Shown here: one piece after another, positions 31,259 to 42,733 of the stretch
Layout: each line of letters starts with the position of its first letter
How positions within the stretch are numbered: the first letter of the stretch is position 1
From: an uncultured bacterium
GTDB taxonomy: Bacteria; Babelota; Babeliae; Babelales; Babelaceae
Length of the DNA: 64,000 nucleotides
Direction: 5' to 3'
NCBI GenBank assembly: GCA_963722385.1
Contig: CAVRKK010000002.1
Span: 896,001-960,000, forward strand
Program-made: the position numbers and the translations under genes
Notes under the pieces: model-generated
Databases searched by the model: none
The model's input: only the letters and a program-made list of their open reading frames with translations
What the model was told of the DNA's origin: nothing

Positions 31259-31608
31259 TGCATAAGGAATAAAATTAATAGATATTATTTCATTATTTTT
31301 TTTGCTATAGTCTCTTTTATTGGCTCTGGTCTAGCAAAGCATCTGGTACGCAAAATGCCTTTGGTGTTGTCGCTTTGTAGCTTACCTTTTTTCTCAAGTT
31401 CACGTGAAAATCCTAATTTTCAATGTTGTACACAGGGACCTTAGTTCGTACTCAATCTATTGGCAAGTTTTTTATAAGTTTTCAGAAACGCCCTTACTTA
31501 AAAAATTTCTTCTATATCATAAAACGGTATGGGCAGTTTTCGACAAAGCTTCGGCTATGTGTGACAAACCGTTGCTCTATGTTTCCTTATGGTCATAAAT
31601 ATATATCC

Positions 31609-32855
31609 CAGGGCCGGCTCACTTAAAAATTAAAAAACTAAGATATAATGGTTCTCAAAAAACCTGGAGAACCAAGATGGAAGACAGAAATATTAGTTTT
31701 TTGGATTATACAGGTGAATTAGAAGATCCAAGAATTGAAAGAGGAAAACTGCATTCAATGGGCAGATATTCTTTTTTTAACTCTGGTAGGGGTTATAAGT
31801 GGGTGCGAGGGCTGGAAAGATATCGAATACTATGGAAAAGCTCGATTAGACGTACTTAAAAAGTATCTACCATTTGAAAATTGGGTACCAAGCGATGATA
31901 CGTTAAGGAGATTTTTTAGAGCACTTGATCCTAATGAGTTTTCTAAAATATTTGTAAAATGGGTAAGCGATTTAGTAGCATCAGTAAGGGATAACAGAGA
32001 CACTGATGATGCAAGAACAGTAGCCATAGATGGGAAAGTGACAAAAAGAAGCTTTGATCAGGGTGAAACAGAAGATAAAGAGCCTCTTTATCTAGTCAAT
32101 GCATTTGCAACAGATGTTAGAATGGTCATTTGTCAAAAAAAGGTAGATGGAAAATCGAATGAAATAACGGCTATACCGCAGCTGTTGGACTTAATTGATA
32201 TCTGCGGTGCGATAGTGACGATTGATGCAATAGGGACCCAGAAAAAAATTGCTCAAAAGATTATTGACAAAAAAGGGGATTATTTGCTTAATGTAAAGGG
32301 CAATCAAGGTGATCTTCTTGAAGAAATAAAAACTTTCTTTGAAATAGAAAGCGAATCAAAGTATATCAATATTAAGCATGATACATTTTCAGAAACAGAA
32401 AAAGGGCATGGTCGAATTGAGATCAGGACTTGTACAACAACCGATCAAATAGGCTGGCTTTCTAAAAAAAATGATTGGGTCTCAATAAAGAGCATTGCCT
32501 GTATACAATCAGAGCGATTGATTGGTAAGAATAAGACTATAGAAAAACGTTACTACATAACAAGTATTCCTGCATCAGCAGAAAGAATATTGCGCGCCGC
32601 AAGAAGTCACTGGTTAATAGAGAATTCGATGCATTGGGTACTCGATGTTTGCTTTAATGATGATCAATCGAGAATTCGAAAAGGTAATGCTCCTCAAAAT
32701 GTAGCGACCATCAAAAGTTTGGCGCTTAACTTGCTCAAACGAGCCCAGCCATTGGTTGATAAGTACATCAGTATCAAATGTCTTCGAAAGCTGTCTTGCT
32801 GGCAACCTAGCACTTTGGAATTAATTGTCAATCAAATTTAGATGAGCCGGCCCTG
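31609..32855 (+). mobile_element. ISAs1-family insertion sequence
   Basis: Terminal IRs CAGGGCCGGCTCACTTAAA / TTTAGATGAGCCGGCCCTG flank the transposase; no target duplication visible. Confidence 0.9.
31677..32841 (+). pseudogene. ISAs1 DDE transposase, frameshifted near the N-terminus
   Basis: LEDPRIERGKLHSM, then an extra G (~31760), then ADILFLTL; PSDDT, AIDGK, KSNEITAIP, TIDA, HGRIE.R, HW.IEN.MHW.LD. Confidence 0.88.
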
Positions 32856-32967
32856 GCGTTTATCATGAGTATCTTGCAACGGGATAGCTTATTTGCTAGA
32901 ATATTGCTCAATTAATGGTGGAAAATCCACCACGAACTGAAGGAATTTCAATCAGCAGGTTAATATT

Positions 32968-34193
32968 GTGCTATTCAAGAGGAACATTCAAGGAAAATTT
33001 GAAGAAGCTCTTTCATCAAGTCCAGCGATACTTTTGACGGGAGCGCGACAAACGGGAAAAACTTTTCTTGTTGAAGAGTATGCAAGTCAAGGCTACCAGT
33101 ACCTGACTTTTGATGATTTAACAACCTTATCCGCTGCTCGCAGGGACCCCCAAAAGGATTTATAGAAAACCTTTCGAAGCCTATTATTATTGATGAGGTT
33201 CAGCGTGTTCCTGATATTTTTTTACCAATCAAGCGAGATATTGATAGGCATCGCCAACCTGGACGCTATATATTAACGGGATCCGCCAACCCTCTGTTGA
33301 TAAATCATGTTAGCGAGTCGTTAGCGGACCGCCTTGAGACTTTAATCCTTTATCCTCTTTCACAAGGTGAGTTGCATACTAGGAAAGAAGACTTTATACA
33401 ATTTGCCTTTAGCGATAAGCCTTTGCCAATAGGTCAAATGTTTACCAGGCAAGAGCTTTATAGTGCTATAGTAAAGGGGGGATATTCCGTTGTTCAAGAA
33501 TTGCCAGAATCGCGTAGAATAGCTTGGTTTGGCAATTATATTAATGATATTCTCTTGAAAGATGTGCAAACTTTGGCTCGCATTGAGGGACTCACAGAAC
33601 TTCCAAACCTCTTAAAGCTCGTCGCTTTAAGGGCAGGGCATATAATTAATAGAGCAGACTTAGCACGTCTTATGGGCTTGTCTGCCTCATCCTTGCAACG
33701 CTATTTAACGCTTATGGAAGCATTATACCTAATCCAATTTTGCCCAGCTTGGCGGCCGAACAAAGAGAAAAGGCTTATTAAATCGCCAAGAGCCTATCTT
33801 ATAGATACTAGTGTTTTAACCTATCTACAAGGCATAACAGCCGAAAGAATGCTTGAGGAACCATTATTTACGGGTCATATATTAGAAAACTTTGTTTGGC
33901 AGGAGCTTGCAAAACAAGCAACTTGGAGCCAACTCGCTGTTAGTCTTTTCCACTTTAGAACCACTCATGGGCCAGAAGTTGATATAGTAATTGAGGACGT
34001 AATGGGGAGAATTGTTGGCATCGAAATAAAAAATAGTAATACGGTCCGCGAAGAGGACTTTAAAGGCCTTGCTTATTTAGAATCGCTTGCCGGCAAAAAA
34101 TTTATACGAGGCATCGTAATGAATAATGGAGCTCAATATATCCCCTTTGGACAAAAAATGTGCGCTTTGCCTTTTTCATGCTTGTGGCAATAG
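32968..34193 (+). pseudogene. AAA_14 + DUF4143 ATPase, frameshifted at ~33150
   Basis: LTGARQTGKT in frame 1; after CCCCCAAAAG the -1 frame continues GFIENLSKPIIIDEVQR...LTGSAN into ORF 33297-34193 (EVDIVIE, IEIK). Confidence 0.85.
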
Positions 34194-34445
34194 AAAAAGG
34201 GGGCTAGCCTGCCGAGCCTTATTTTGCTGAAAAAGAGAGGCCCGCCTTTGGCTATTCGGCTGACGTGCATTTAGGCTTGGTAGATTGCAAGAAGCCTAAC
34301 AAAAATGACGTGCTGAAAATTTACCCTTAAAAATGCGTCGTTTTAAGCGCAGTCCCTTAAAAAACTAACAAAATTTAAGCTTAACCTCGCCTGGACAAAC
34401 CGATGCTTGCTGATGTATACTTGCGCAGGTTTTAAGCGAGAGAAC

Positions 34446-35759
34446 ATGGCAGACATCGTAATAATTGGCGCAGGGCTTACTGGGTTATCCACGGCTTATC
34501 ATCTCGAACAAGCGGGCTTTTTTGATTACAAAATATTTGAAAAAGAAGCAACTCCCGGTGGACTCTGCCGGTCAGTAGAGCAAGATGGCTTTACTTTTGA
34601 TTATACGGGCCACTTGCTGCATACAAGCGATAACTATTTTCGCACGCTTTTAGAGAATATTGTCGGCCTCGATACGATGAATACCATTAAGCGTCGGTCA
34701 TTTATTTATTCTCAGGGCTGCTATACGCGCTATCCTTACCAAATTAACCTCTATGGCTTGCCACCGGAAACAATTGCTGAGTGTATCGAGGGCTTTCTTA
34801 AGCGCCCATCCGCTCGCTTGCGCCCGCAAAATTTTTACCAATGGGTGATGCAGTCATTTGGTAAAGGGTTTGGTAAATTTTTTTTCTTCCCTTATCAACG
34901 CAAAATTTTTGACTATGATGTGCGAAAGCTTTCATCCTCATGGACGCATCGGTTTGTGCCACAAACCTCACTAAAGGACATGATCCAAGGAGCTGTGCGT
35001 GACGTTGAAGATAAAGAGATCGGCTACAATGCCAATTTCTTTTACCCGAAAGCTGGTGGTATCTACCAGTGGGTAGGAGCGCTTTGCCAGACGCTTGCCC
35101 AACCAGTTTATACCAATCATGGCGTTCAAGAAGTAAATCTTAAAGAGAAGACAGTAATTTTTACTAATGGTGCCAGCGAGCCATTTAAGCACCTTGTGAC
35201 GACGATGCCGCTTGATACTTTTTTAAGCTCGCTTTCAGAACCTGCAAGCTCAAGATTAAGCAGCGCTGCGTCGTCTTTGCTTTGTAACGCCGTGGTAAAT
35301 TTTAACATAGGCGTTAATCGGCCACTTAATGCTAACCATGAGCTGAAACATTGGGTATACTACCCTGAAAAGAACTATCCCTTTTACCGCATAGGCTTTC
35401 CCGCTAATTTATCTGCCGCCATGGCGCCACGAGGCTGTGGCTCGCTCTATGGCGAATTTTCTTACCTGGGTAAATCAAAGCGTCATATAAACCAGCTTTT
35501 ACAGCAATCACGGCAACTTACCAAAAAGCTCTTTGCTTTTGATGATCGTGATATTCTTACCGAAAAAGTTATCAACATAGATCATGCTTATGTTATTTAT
35601 AATAAGTGGCGGGACACTCATTTGCCGAGTCTGATTGCCGCTTTAGAAAAAAGAGCCGTCTATTCGATCGGTCGTTACGGTGCTTGGAAATACTCAAGCA
35701 TGCAGGACGCGGTGCTTGATGGCAAAGCATGTGCAGCTCAGCTTCTTAAGCAGGTGTAA
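34446..35759 (+). CDS. FAD-dependent oxidoreductase (protoporphyrinogen oxidase / UDP-galactopyranose mutase-like)
   Basis: IIGAGLTGL, GGLCRS..DGFTFDYTGH, GRYGAWKY; adjacent to a sugar epimerase. Confidence 0.8.
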   Translation: MADIVIIGAGLTGLSTAYHLEQAGFFDYKIFEKEATPGGLCRSVEQDGFTFDYTGHLLHTSDNYFRTLLENIVGLDTMNTIKRRSFIYSQGCYTRYPYQINLYGLPPETIAECIEGFLKRPSARLRPQNFYQWVMQSFGKGFGKFFFFPYQRKIFDYDVRKLSSSWTHRFVPQTSLKDMIQGAVRDVEDKEIGYNANFFYPKAGGIYQWVGALCQTLAQPVYTNHGVQEVNLKEKTVIFTNGASEPFKHLVTTMPLDTFLSSLSEPASSRLSSAASSLLCNAVVNFNIGVNRPLNANHELKHWVYYPEKNYPFYRIGFPANLSAAMAPRGCGSLYGEFSYLGKSKRHINQLLQQSRQLTKKLFAFDDRDILTEKVINIDHAYVIYNKWRDTHLPSLIAALEKRAVYSIGRYGAWKYSSMQDAVLDGKACAAQLLKQV

Positions 35760-35760
35760 T

Positions 35761-36729
35761 GTGAATGAGCTGTTAGCAGTAAGTAATCAAGACCTGATAC
35801 ACGACCAAACGGCACGGTTAGCCCGCCTCTACGCCAACCAGAAAATACTTATAACGGGTGGCGCTGGCTTTATCGGCTCGCACCTAAGCGAGCGACTTCT
35901 TGGGCTTGGTGCACAGGTTACCGTTCTCGATAATATGAGTTCGGGCAGGCGATCAAATTTGGCTTCGATACAGGGCAAAATCGAGATTATCGAAGATTCC
36001 GTAACCGACCTCGTAACATGCCTCCAAGCAGCTTATGACAAAGCGTATATTTTTCATTTGGCAGCGATGGTCTCGGTGTCTGAATCAATGCAGAAGCCTT
36101 ATGATTGCTACACTATTAATCTCACGGGCACCGCTAATATTCTTGAAGCTGCCCGTCGGCAGTCGCAGCCCACGGTCTTTATCGCTTCGTCATCTGCCAT
36201 TTATGGTGACCAGCAAAGGGCTTGTTGCGAAGATGCCGTGGGCGACCCTCGCTCGCCCTATGGGTTTTCAAAGCTTATGGGGGAGCTTCTCTGTAAGCAG
36301 TATGCCCAGAATTACGGAATGAAAACGGTGATAGCACGCTATTTTAACGTGCATGGGCCACGGCAAAGCGCCCAAAGTGCCTATGCTGGTGTGGTAGCGC
36401 GATTTAACTATCATATGGCCCTTGGCCAGCCTATTACCATTTTTGGCGACGGACGCCAAAGGCGGGACTTTGTTGATGTCGCTACCGTGGTTGATAGCTC
36501 ACTTCTTTTGGCAGCTCTTCCCGCAGCGCACATAGCAGGCCAATGCGTTAATGTTGCCAGCGGCACAAGCATAACTATCCTTGAGCTCTTTGATCAGGTG
36601 AGACATGCGTATCCCGCTTATCAGCTCCAACCCGCTTTTGAGCCCGCCCGGGCTGGTGATATTGCGCTATCGCAAGCTGACTGTAGTAAATATAACTACT
36701 TGATCAAGCTCGCCCAAACAATTCTCTAG
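35761..36729 (+). CDS. NAD-dependent nucleotide-sugar epimerase/dehydratase
   Basis: TGGAGFIGSH, HLAA, SSSAIYG, YGFSK, RYFNVHGP, GDGRQRRDF. Confidence 0.9.
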   Translation: MNELLAVSNQDLIHDQTARLARLYANQKILITGGAGFIGSHLSERLLGLGAQVTVLDNMSSGRRSNLASIQGKIEIIEDSVTDLVTCLQAAYDKAYIFHLAAMVSVSESMQKPYDCYTINLTGTANILEAARRQSQPTVFIASSSAIYGDQQRACCEDAVGDPRSPYGFSKLMGELLCKQYAQNYGMKTVIARYFNVHGPRQSAQSAYAGVVARFNYHMALGQPITIFGDGRQRRDFVDVATVVDSSLLLAALPAAHIAGQCVNVASGTSITILELFDQVRHAYPAYQLQPAFEPARAGDIALSQADCSKYNYLIKLAQTIL

Positions 36730-36798
36730 AGCCATTTTTTGTGCTATACTTGAGTTCTATGGACTCATTTTTTTTAAATTTATGCACTCAAGAGCACT

Positions 36799-37908
36799 AT
36801 GGCAAAGAAAGACTACTACGAAGTATTGGGCGTTGCGCGTAATGCAATGCAAGAAGATATTAAAGCAGCTTATCGCAAGCTTGCACTCAAGTATCACCCT
36901 GATCGCAATCCTAATAACAAGGAAGCGGAGGAAAAGTTTAAAGAGGCTACTGAGGCTTATGAAGTCTTATCTGATGCCAAAAAACGTTCACAATATGATC
37001 AATATGGCACGGTGGCTGAAGGTGGCGAGACTACTGTCAATATGGAAGATATCTTTGAGAACTTAAGTGGCTTTTTTGGTGATCTTTTTAGTGCAGGCCA
37101 GCGTAAGCGAAAAAAAGCGGGGCCGGTGCCAAAGCGTGGTCATGATTTATCAAAAGATGTTACCATTACTCTTGAGGAAGCGTTTAAGGGAACAAAGAAA
37201 GATATAACTTACTACCATTTTATTTCTTGTTCCGGTTGTCAAGGAAGGGGTATGCCTGAAGGCGCGTCGCCCGTTGTGTGTCCCAATTGCCAGGGGACAG
37301 GGCATACGATTCTTCGTGATGGCTTTTTTGCGTATCAGCAAACGTGTCCTATGTGCGAGGGCCAAGGGTACACAATTCCCAATCCGTGCTCGACCTGTAA
37401 AGGGCAATCACGCATACAGCAATACGAGACGCTTTCGGTCGCCATACCAAAGGGCATCTACGATGATGCGGACCTGCGGTTGTCTGGGAAAGGTGACGCA
37501 GGCGTATTTGGCGGGCCTGCAGGGGATTTGTATCTGAAAATTCATATTGCTCTCCATCCCCATTTCAAGCGCGTGGGCGACGACCTCGAATGTACGATGA
37601 CCTTCACCTATCCACAGTTAGTGCTTGGCGCCCAGATGGAAATAAAAAATATCGATGGCGCAACGGAAAATTTTAAAGTGCCTGCTGGGTGTCCTGTTGG
37701 CGAGCGCATTGTTATTGCAGGAAAAGGCTTTGCTAAGCTGCGAGGTAAAGGAAATGGCAACCTCGTGGTAATTACCACCTGCGATATTCCAAAAAAGATC
37801 TCGGCAGAAGCAGAAAAAACCCTAAGAGAGTATGCTGATATCATTGGGACCAAAACGTCAGGTAGCAAAAATACGATTGCAGGGTTCTTTAAAAAATTTT
37901 TAGGCTAG
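36799..37908 (+). CDS. dnaJ: Chaperone DnaJ
   Basis: [11 protein letters not shown], four CxxCxGxG-type zinc repeats. Confidence 0.97.
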   Translation: MAKKDYYEVLGVARNAMQEDIKAAYRKLALKYHPDRNPNNKEAEEKFKEATEAYEVLSDAKKRSQYDQYGTVAEGGETTVNMEDIFENLSGFFGDLFSAGQRKRKKAGPVPKRGHDLSKDVTITLEEAFKGTKKDITYYHFISCSGCQGRGMPEGASPVVCPNCQGTGHTILRDGFFAYQQTCPMCEGQGYTIPNPCSTCKGQSRIQQYETLSVAIPKGIYDDADLRLSGKGDAGVFGGPAGDLYLKIHIALHPHFKRVGDDLECTMTFTYPQLVLGAQMEIKNIDGATENFKVPAGCPVGERIVIAGKGFAKLRGKGNGNLVVITTCDIPKKISAEAEKTLREYADIIGTKTSGSKNTIAGFFKKFLG

Positions 37909-37914
37909 ACTAAT

Positions 37915-37953
37915 TGCGAAGGGGCGAGCTTAACAAAAATTCGCCCCTTCGCA
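37915..37953. terminator. Hairpin between convergent genes (putative bidirectional terminator)
   Basis: TGCGAAGGGGCGA...TCGCCCCTTCGCA perfect 13-bp IR. Confidence 0.65.
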
Positions 37954-37957
37954 CAAT

Positions 37958-38533
37958 TTACGACTGATGTCGTTGTGCTTCCGCAATAAGCTCTTTCTCC
38001 GAAGGAACGTTTCCCTCATGCCACTTTTTGAGTTCATGGTCCAATAAGCGGCAGAGATCGAGGTTGTCAGCCAATTCGAGCATGCTTCTCACTGATTGTG
38101 CTTTTCCATGCGTGTTGCTGAACGTAGCGCCTGGGTAACCCCCTTTATCGATGAGTAGTTTGATTAAAGCTTGATCTTGCTCAGAAAGTTTCTTTGTATC
38201 TAATTGTCCTGCATTGGCAAGTACACAAGCGATGCCGATGTAGGAAGTAAATGCTTTTTCGGTGTCAGGAAATTTGACCTCAAGCGTACGGTTGGGATTA
38301 AAATCGGTCGCGATAAGCTGTGCGAGATTGCCATCGATAATTAAAAATAAAGCTTTATCGCGAGGGTGCTGTTGCTTAAGTGCTTCAGCCATTCGTTGGC
38401 GACAGCTACGGTCTTCGCGACAATTTTTTTGTTTCTTACGAGTAACGTTGTTTGGCTGATGTTTCTTGGCATGCAAGAAAGTAGAGATGGTAGTTAATGA
38501 TAATAAACTTAATATAAGCGTTAGTTTTGACAT
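37958..38533 (-). CDS. Hypothetical exported protein, possibly degenerate ankyrin-like
   Basis: Signal peptide ending LHA, basic region, IKLLIDKGG segment. Confidence 0.65.
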   Translation of the reverse strand: MSKLTLILSLLSLTTISTFLHAKKHQPNNVTRKKQKNCREDRSCRQRMAEALKQQHPRDKALFLIIDGNLAQLIATDFNPNRTLEVKFPDTEKAFTSYIGIACVLANAGQLDTKKLSEQDQALIKLLIDKGGYPGATFSNTHGKAQSVRSMLELADNLDLCRLLDHELKKWHEGNVPSEKELIAEAQRHQS

Positions 38534-38635
38534 AATCGATTCCTTTCAAATCTGAGCCATATACACAACTCTTAATCCAGCCTAGAGCTCTACCGTGATC
38601 TTGTCAAATGGACGCTTGCTTATATTAAAATCAAC

Positions 38636-38740
38636 CGCAGCATATGTTTTTCTAACTTGGCGGGCGCCCTCTGATCAGAAGCGGCATGCGGATTTCGCTA
38701 TTTTTCCTTCTAAAAGGTATGCATCAATGAACCTTTTCAT
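38636..38740 (-). pseudogene. N-terminal remnant of a third AAA_14/DUF4143 ATPase
   Basis: GGAGG RBS then MKRFIDAYLLE/(W)KNSEIRMPLLIRG/ARQVRKTYA with two frameshifts; matches the start of the 29891 protein. Confidence 0.7.
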
Positions 38741-38795
38741 TTTGCCTCCGGTAATTGCTTGAAAATCAAGGCAATTTATTGATGATTTTGTCCTA

Positions 38796-41267
38796 TTAAA
38801 AATCAACGGCGGAGGTAAAGTGTACCTCGCTAGAGCTTTCGCGAGACCGCTTATTATGGTCGAGCTTGAAGCCTACGGCAATGCTTATAGGGGTTGGTGA
38901 GCGTAATTTGACACCAAAGCCAACAGTTTGTCGGAAATTAAATTGATTATTGCGGAGAAGTCCCTCTCTAATACCGTCAATCTGCTTCGCATCGGGCGTA
39001 TCCCAGCCAGCACCGCCATCATAAAACACTAAGCCAACCATATTGAAGTCTTTTGTGATAGGGAATATGAGCTCCGCGTTCATCCAGAATGCTTTTTTGC
39101 CGCCAAGCGAGTCACCAAATAACGTAGGCCCAATTTGACCAAAAAGGAAGCCACGTACGGTCGACGGGCCGCCAATATGGTACAGTTCACGATAAGGAAT
39201 TGTATGCGAGCCAAGCTCCTGCACAAAACCGGCATGTCCATGTAAATGTAAAATTAAGTCATATTCGTTAATAATTGGCGTATACCAGTGGGCATCGGCA
39301 TCCCATTTTATATAACCGAATCCATGAGCTTGATGGGGTATACCAATTTTAAGCGTTGAGTTCCACAAATATCCCCTGCTTGGTGTTACCGGATTATTGC
39401 GATAATCCTGTACAAGCTGACCAGTGGCCCAAATAACGCTTCCTGATTGGAAAACACGGTCAACCAATCGTTGGAACCCTTGCTTGAAGTCTTCGTTATT
39501 TCTGTCTTCAAGCGGAACGCGACCTCTGACGTTCTCTTTGAAATGAATGTTTTCTATGCCAACATCAAAAAGGCAATCAAGGCCGCCCATCGCTTTGGTA
39601 AAGAAGCCAATGCTGCCTGAACCGCCGGTGAGCTGTTCTCGCGGCGAGTGTTCGACGTGCCGGAAATCTGAATATGTCGACGTTCGATGAAAAAGATCAA
39701 ATCCTGCACGGAGCGGCCGATCAAAAAGCCATGGGTTGACAACATTGAGTGCTATCTGACGATCTTGTCTTGAAAAATATGCCGTTGCCGTTGCTTTGAT
39801 ACCGGTTCCCAAGAAGTTGATATCGCTGACGCCAAAACCAACCTGAACTGAGCGTGCAGGTGACTGATAGTCAGCGCCATCGCCACCCCATTTAAGATCA
39901 GCAAAAAATTGGCCCGTTTTTGTCTCATTGACGACAAGATCCAAGTCTGCCTTAGTATCACTGATCCGCTTAATTTTCCAGTTGACGCCGAGTCGCGGAT
40001 CAAAATAGCCAAGGCGCTCAACATTGCTGCGTGAGTCATCCATGGCACGGGTGGTGAGCAGCTCGCCTTCGTTAAACGTAATTTCGCGCCGGATTACGCG
40101 TTCGTGTGTTTTGCGGTTTCCTATGATACGGATACGGTTCGAGGTAACAGGCGAGCCAAGTTCGGTGGTAAAAAAGAGCTCTACCGTTTTTCTGCTCTCG
40201 TCAACCTCAAGGTTAAAGATAATATCGGCAAAGACATAGCCAAATTCACCCCAAATGAGCCGCAAGCGCTCAACCGCTTGCCGCACCTTTTCGCTTGAAT
40301 AAAGGTCGCCAACCCGAATAGGGATGCGTGCTATTATCTCTTCTTCGGTTAAAAATTCATTGCCCGGTGCATTGAGGGCACTGATCGTATATTGCTCCCC
40401 CTCGGTGATATAAAAGGTAACAATAAAATGCTTCGGACTTTCAGGGTCTCGCTCCACGTGCACATTATCAACGTGGGCATGCAAGAAACCCTGACTCTTG
40501 TAATAGTGCTCGATAATGTACCTGTCTTGCTGGAGCATATCCTTTTGATACGTGCCCGACTTATCAAGAAAGCCGAAGAGCCATTCCTGGCGCGTAAAGA
40601 TTATCTTTCTTAATTTTTTACTTGGTATATTCTGATTGCCCTTAAAAATAATGCGTTTTATAAACGAGCGAGGCCCTTCGTTGACGGTAATTTTGATACG
40701 AACTCTCCCGGGCGCTACCGGGACGAGCTTGGCAGTCACTGCAACATCATGATAATCTTTGGCGATATAAAGCTCTTTAATGGCTTGCGAAAGTCGCGAT
40801 AGATCATCAACATCAATGCTGCGAATATCCGTAAGATTAAGCTTCTTTTCAATCTCATCTTGCTTAAAATTATCATTGCCCTCAATGATGATATCTTCTA
40901 CTATGTTTTTTTCTTCAAGTTGAATATAAAGGTCTACCATCGTCGGCGAGAGTTCTTCAACTATGATACGTATCGTAGGCTGAAAGAAGCCCATGCTGTA
41001 GATAGACCGTATGGCGTCTGAAGATGCCTCGTGCTTAAAAAGGTGGCCGACGCGGTAGGGAAGGCGGGCCTTAATAGCCTCGGTTGGTACCGTTTTGTTG
41101 CCCTCGATAATGATTTGGTGAATTTTTGGTGCTGTAGAAGTGACGGCCTCCTGGGAGCCCTCATCGTCCATATTCTGTGCGCCAACAAAGAAAGGCAGGC
41201 AAGTGATGCTTACGATCATGATAATAAGCCGCACAAGCCAAACCCGCAGCGCTTGAGTACCTGGCAT
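38796..41267 (-). CDS. bamA: Outer membrane protein assembly factor BamA
   Basis: POTRA repeats (IIIEGN, IIFKGN, IRIIGN), barrel with GGPSTVRGF, C-terminal F; GAGGA RBS before ATG 41267. Confidence 0.93.
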   Translation of the reverse strand: MPGTQALRVWLVRLIIMIVSITCLPFFVGAQNMDDEGSQEAVTSTAPKIHQIIIEGNKTVPTEAIKARLPYRVGHLFKHEASSDAIRSIYSMGFFQPTIRIIVEELSPTMVDLYIQLEEKNIVEDIIIEGNDNFKQDEIEKKLNLTDIRSIDVDDLSRLSQAIKELYIAKDYHDVAVTAKLVPVAPGRVRIKITVNEGPRSFIKRIIFKGNQNIPSKKLRKIIFTRQEWLFGFLDKSGTYQKDMLQQDRYIIEHYYKSQGFLHAHVDNVHVERDPESPKHFIVTFYITEGEQYTISALNAPGNEFLTEEEIIARIPIRVGDLYSSEKVRQAVERLRLIWGEFGYVFADIIFNLEVDESRKTVELFFTTELGSPVTSNRIRIIGNRKTHERVIRREITFNEGELLTTRAMDDSRSNVERLGYFDPRLGVNWKIKRISDTKADLDLVVNETKTGQFFADLKWGGDGADYQSPARSVQVGFGVSDINFLGTGIKATATAYFSRQDRQIALNVVNPWLFDRPLRAGFDLFHRTSTYSDFRHVEHSPREQLTGGSGSIGFFTKAMGGLDCLFDVGIENIHFKENVRGRVPLEDRNNEDFKQGFQRLVDRVFQSGSVIWATGQLVQDYRNNPVTPSRGYLWNSTLKIGIPHQAHGFGYIKWDADAHWYTPIINEYDLILHLHGHAGFVQELGSHTIPYRELYHIGGPSTVRGFLFGQIGPTLFGDSLGGKKAFWMNAELIFPITKDFNMVGLVFYDGGAGWDTPDAKQIDGIREGLLRNNQFNFRQTVGFGVKLRSPTPISIAVGFKLDHNKRSRESSSEVHFTSAVDF

Positions 41268-41380
41268 GGTTTGTTCCTCGCAAGATCGTTGCATACTTTA
41301 TTATTCTTATCAAGTTATTGTTATCAAGACTCTATTATGATACTCTTTTTGATAAAATTGGCTAGAAAGTACTAAAAAAA

Positions 41381-42733
41381 ATGAGCATGAATCCTGATTC
41401 CCTCCTTCTGAACAACACGCTTTCAGACCAAAAAGAGCTCTTTGTGCCGCTTCATGATAAGCAGGTGAACATGTATGTGTGTGGTATCACGCCCTATGAT
41501 TATGCTCATATGGGGCATGGGCGATGCTACGTAACGTTTGACGTGTTATATCGTTTGTTGCGGTTTTTTGGTTACGAGGTCACGTATTGTCGCAACTTTA
41601 CGGATATTGACGATAAGCTGCTGGCGCGTTCGTTGGAAGAATATGGTGATCCGACGCGGTATCAGGAAATTGCAGATTTTTATATAGCTGCTTACCATCA
41701 GGATATGCAGCGCCTAGGTTGTTTGCCCCCTATCTACGAACCACGCGTTACGCAGCATATCAAGCCGATCATAGAGTTCGTCGAAGAGCTGATAGCGACA
41801 AACCATGCGTATGTGGCCGACCGCGACGTATATTATAGTATCGAAAGCTTCCCCGCTTACGGGAAACTATCAAAAAGAAATATAGATGACCTGTTGGCTG
41901 GCGCCCGTGTTTCTATTAACGAAAAAAAGCGCAATCCGCTTGACTTTGCTTTATGGAAAAGCGACGAGACCGTTTTTTGGCAATCTCCCTGGGGCAAAGG
42001 CAGGCCTGGCTGGCACATTGAATGTTCCACGCTGGCTCGGCTTTACCTGGGTAACGAGATTGATATTCATGGGGGCGGGATGGACCTTATATTCCCGCAT
42101 CACGAAAATGAAATTGCCCAATCTGAGGCATTAACCCATGCGACCTTTGCCCGGTATTGGGTCCATAATGCCTTTGTGCGTATCGACCATGAGAAAATGT
42201 CTAAGTCGCTCAAAAATTACGTCACGTTGCATGACTTAACTGATCAGCATGATCCCATGATGATACGCTATTTAATTTTGCAGCATCAGTACCGCAACCC
42301 GCTCGATTTTTCGTTGGATGAGCTACCCGGTGTTCTCAAGAGCTACCAGAGGTTATGCAAGATATTTGGTGACCAGGAGCTACCAGAAAGGTACCGGCCT
42401 GCATTTGGCGAGCTGATGCCGGCTGCTCAACGCATGATGCAATTTTTAGGCGACGACTTAAATACGCCCGGTATGCTCGGTGTTGTTTTTGAGCATGCTA
42501 AATATATTCAGGGAAATAGTGAGCTCAAAAAGCAGGTTGGGTTCATTATGAAAAATATACTGGGGCTTGCATTTGCTCCGGTAGTCGAGGAAGTGATCGA
42601 AGTTACCCCTCAAATTCAAGAAATGATCGCTGAGCGCGAGCGAGCGCGTGCCCGCAAAGATTGGGCGACAGCCGACGCATTGAGAGACAAGCTGCGGGAG
42701 CTCGGGTTTGATGTTCGCGATCATAAGCTATGA
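41381..42733 (+). CDS. cysS: Cysteine--tRNA ligase
   Basis: MYVCGITPYD..HMGH, GRPGWHIECS, FPHHENE, KMSKS. Confidence 0.98.
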   Translation: MSMNPDSLLLNNTLSDQKELFVPLHDKQVNMYVCGITPYDYAHMGHGRCYVTFDVLYRLLRFFGYEVTYCRNFTDIDDKLLARSLEEYGDPTRYQEIADFYIAAYHQDMQRLGCLPPIYEPRVTQHIKPIIEFVEELIATNHAYVADRDVYYSIESFPAYGKLSKRNIDDLLAGARVSINEKKRNPLDFALWKSDETVFWQSPWGKGRPGWHIECSTLARLYLGNEIDIHGGGMDLIFPHHENEIAQSEALTHATFARYWVHNAFVRIDHEKMSKSLKNYVTLHDLTDQHDPMMIRYLILQHQYRNPLDFSLDELPGVLKSYQRLCKIFGDQELPERYRPAFGELMPAAQRMMQFLGDDLNTPGMLGVVFEHAKYIQGNSELKKQVGFIMKNILGLAFAPVVEEVIEVTPQIQEMIAERERARARKDWATADALRDKLRELGFDVRDHKL

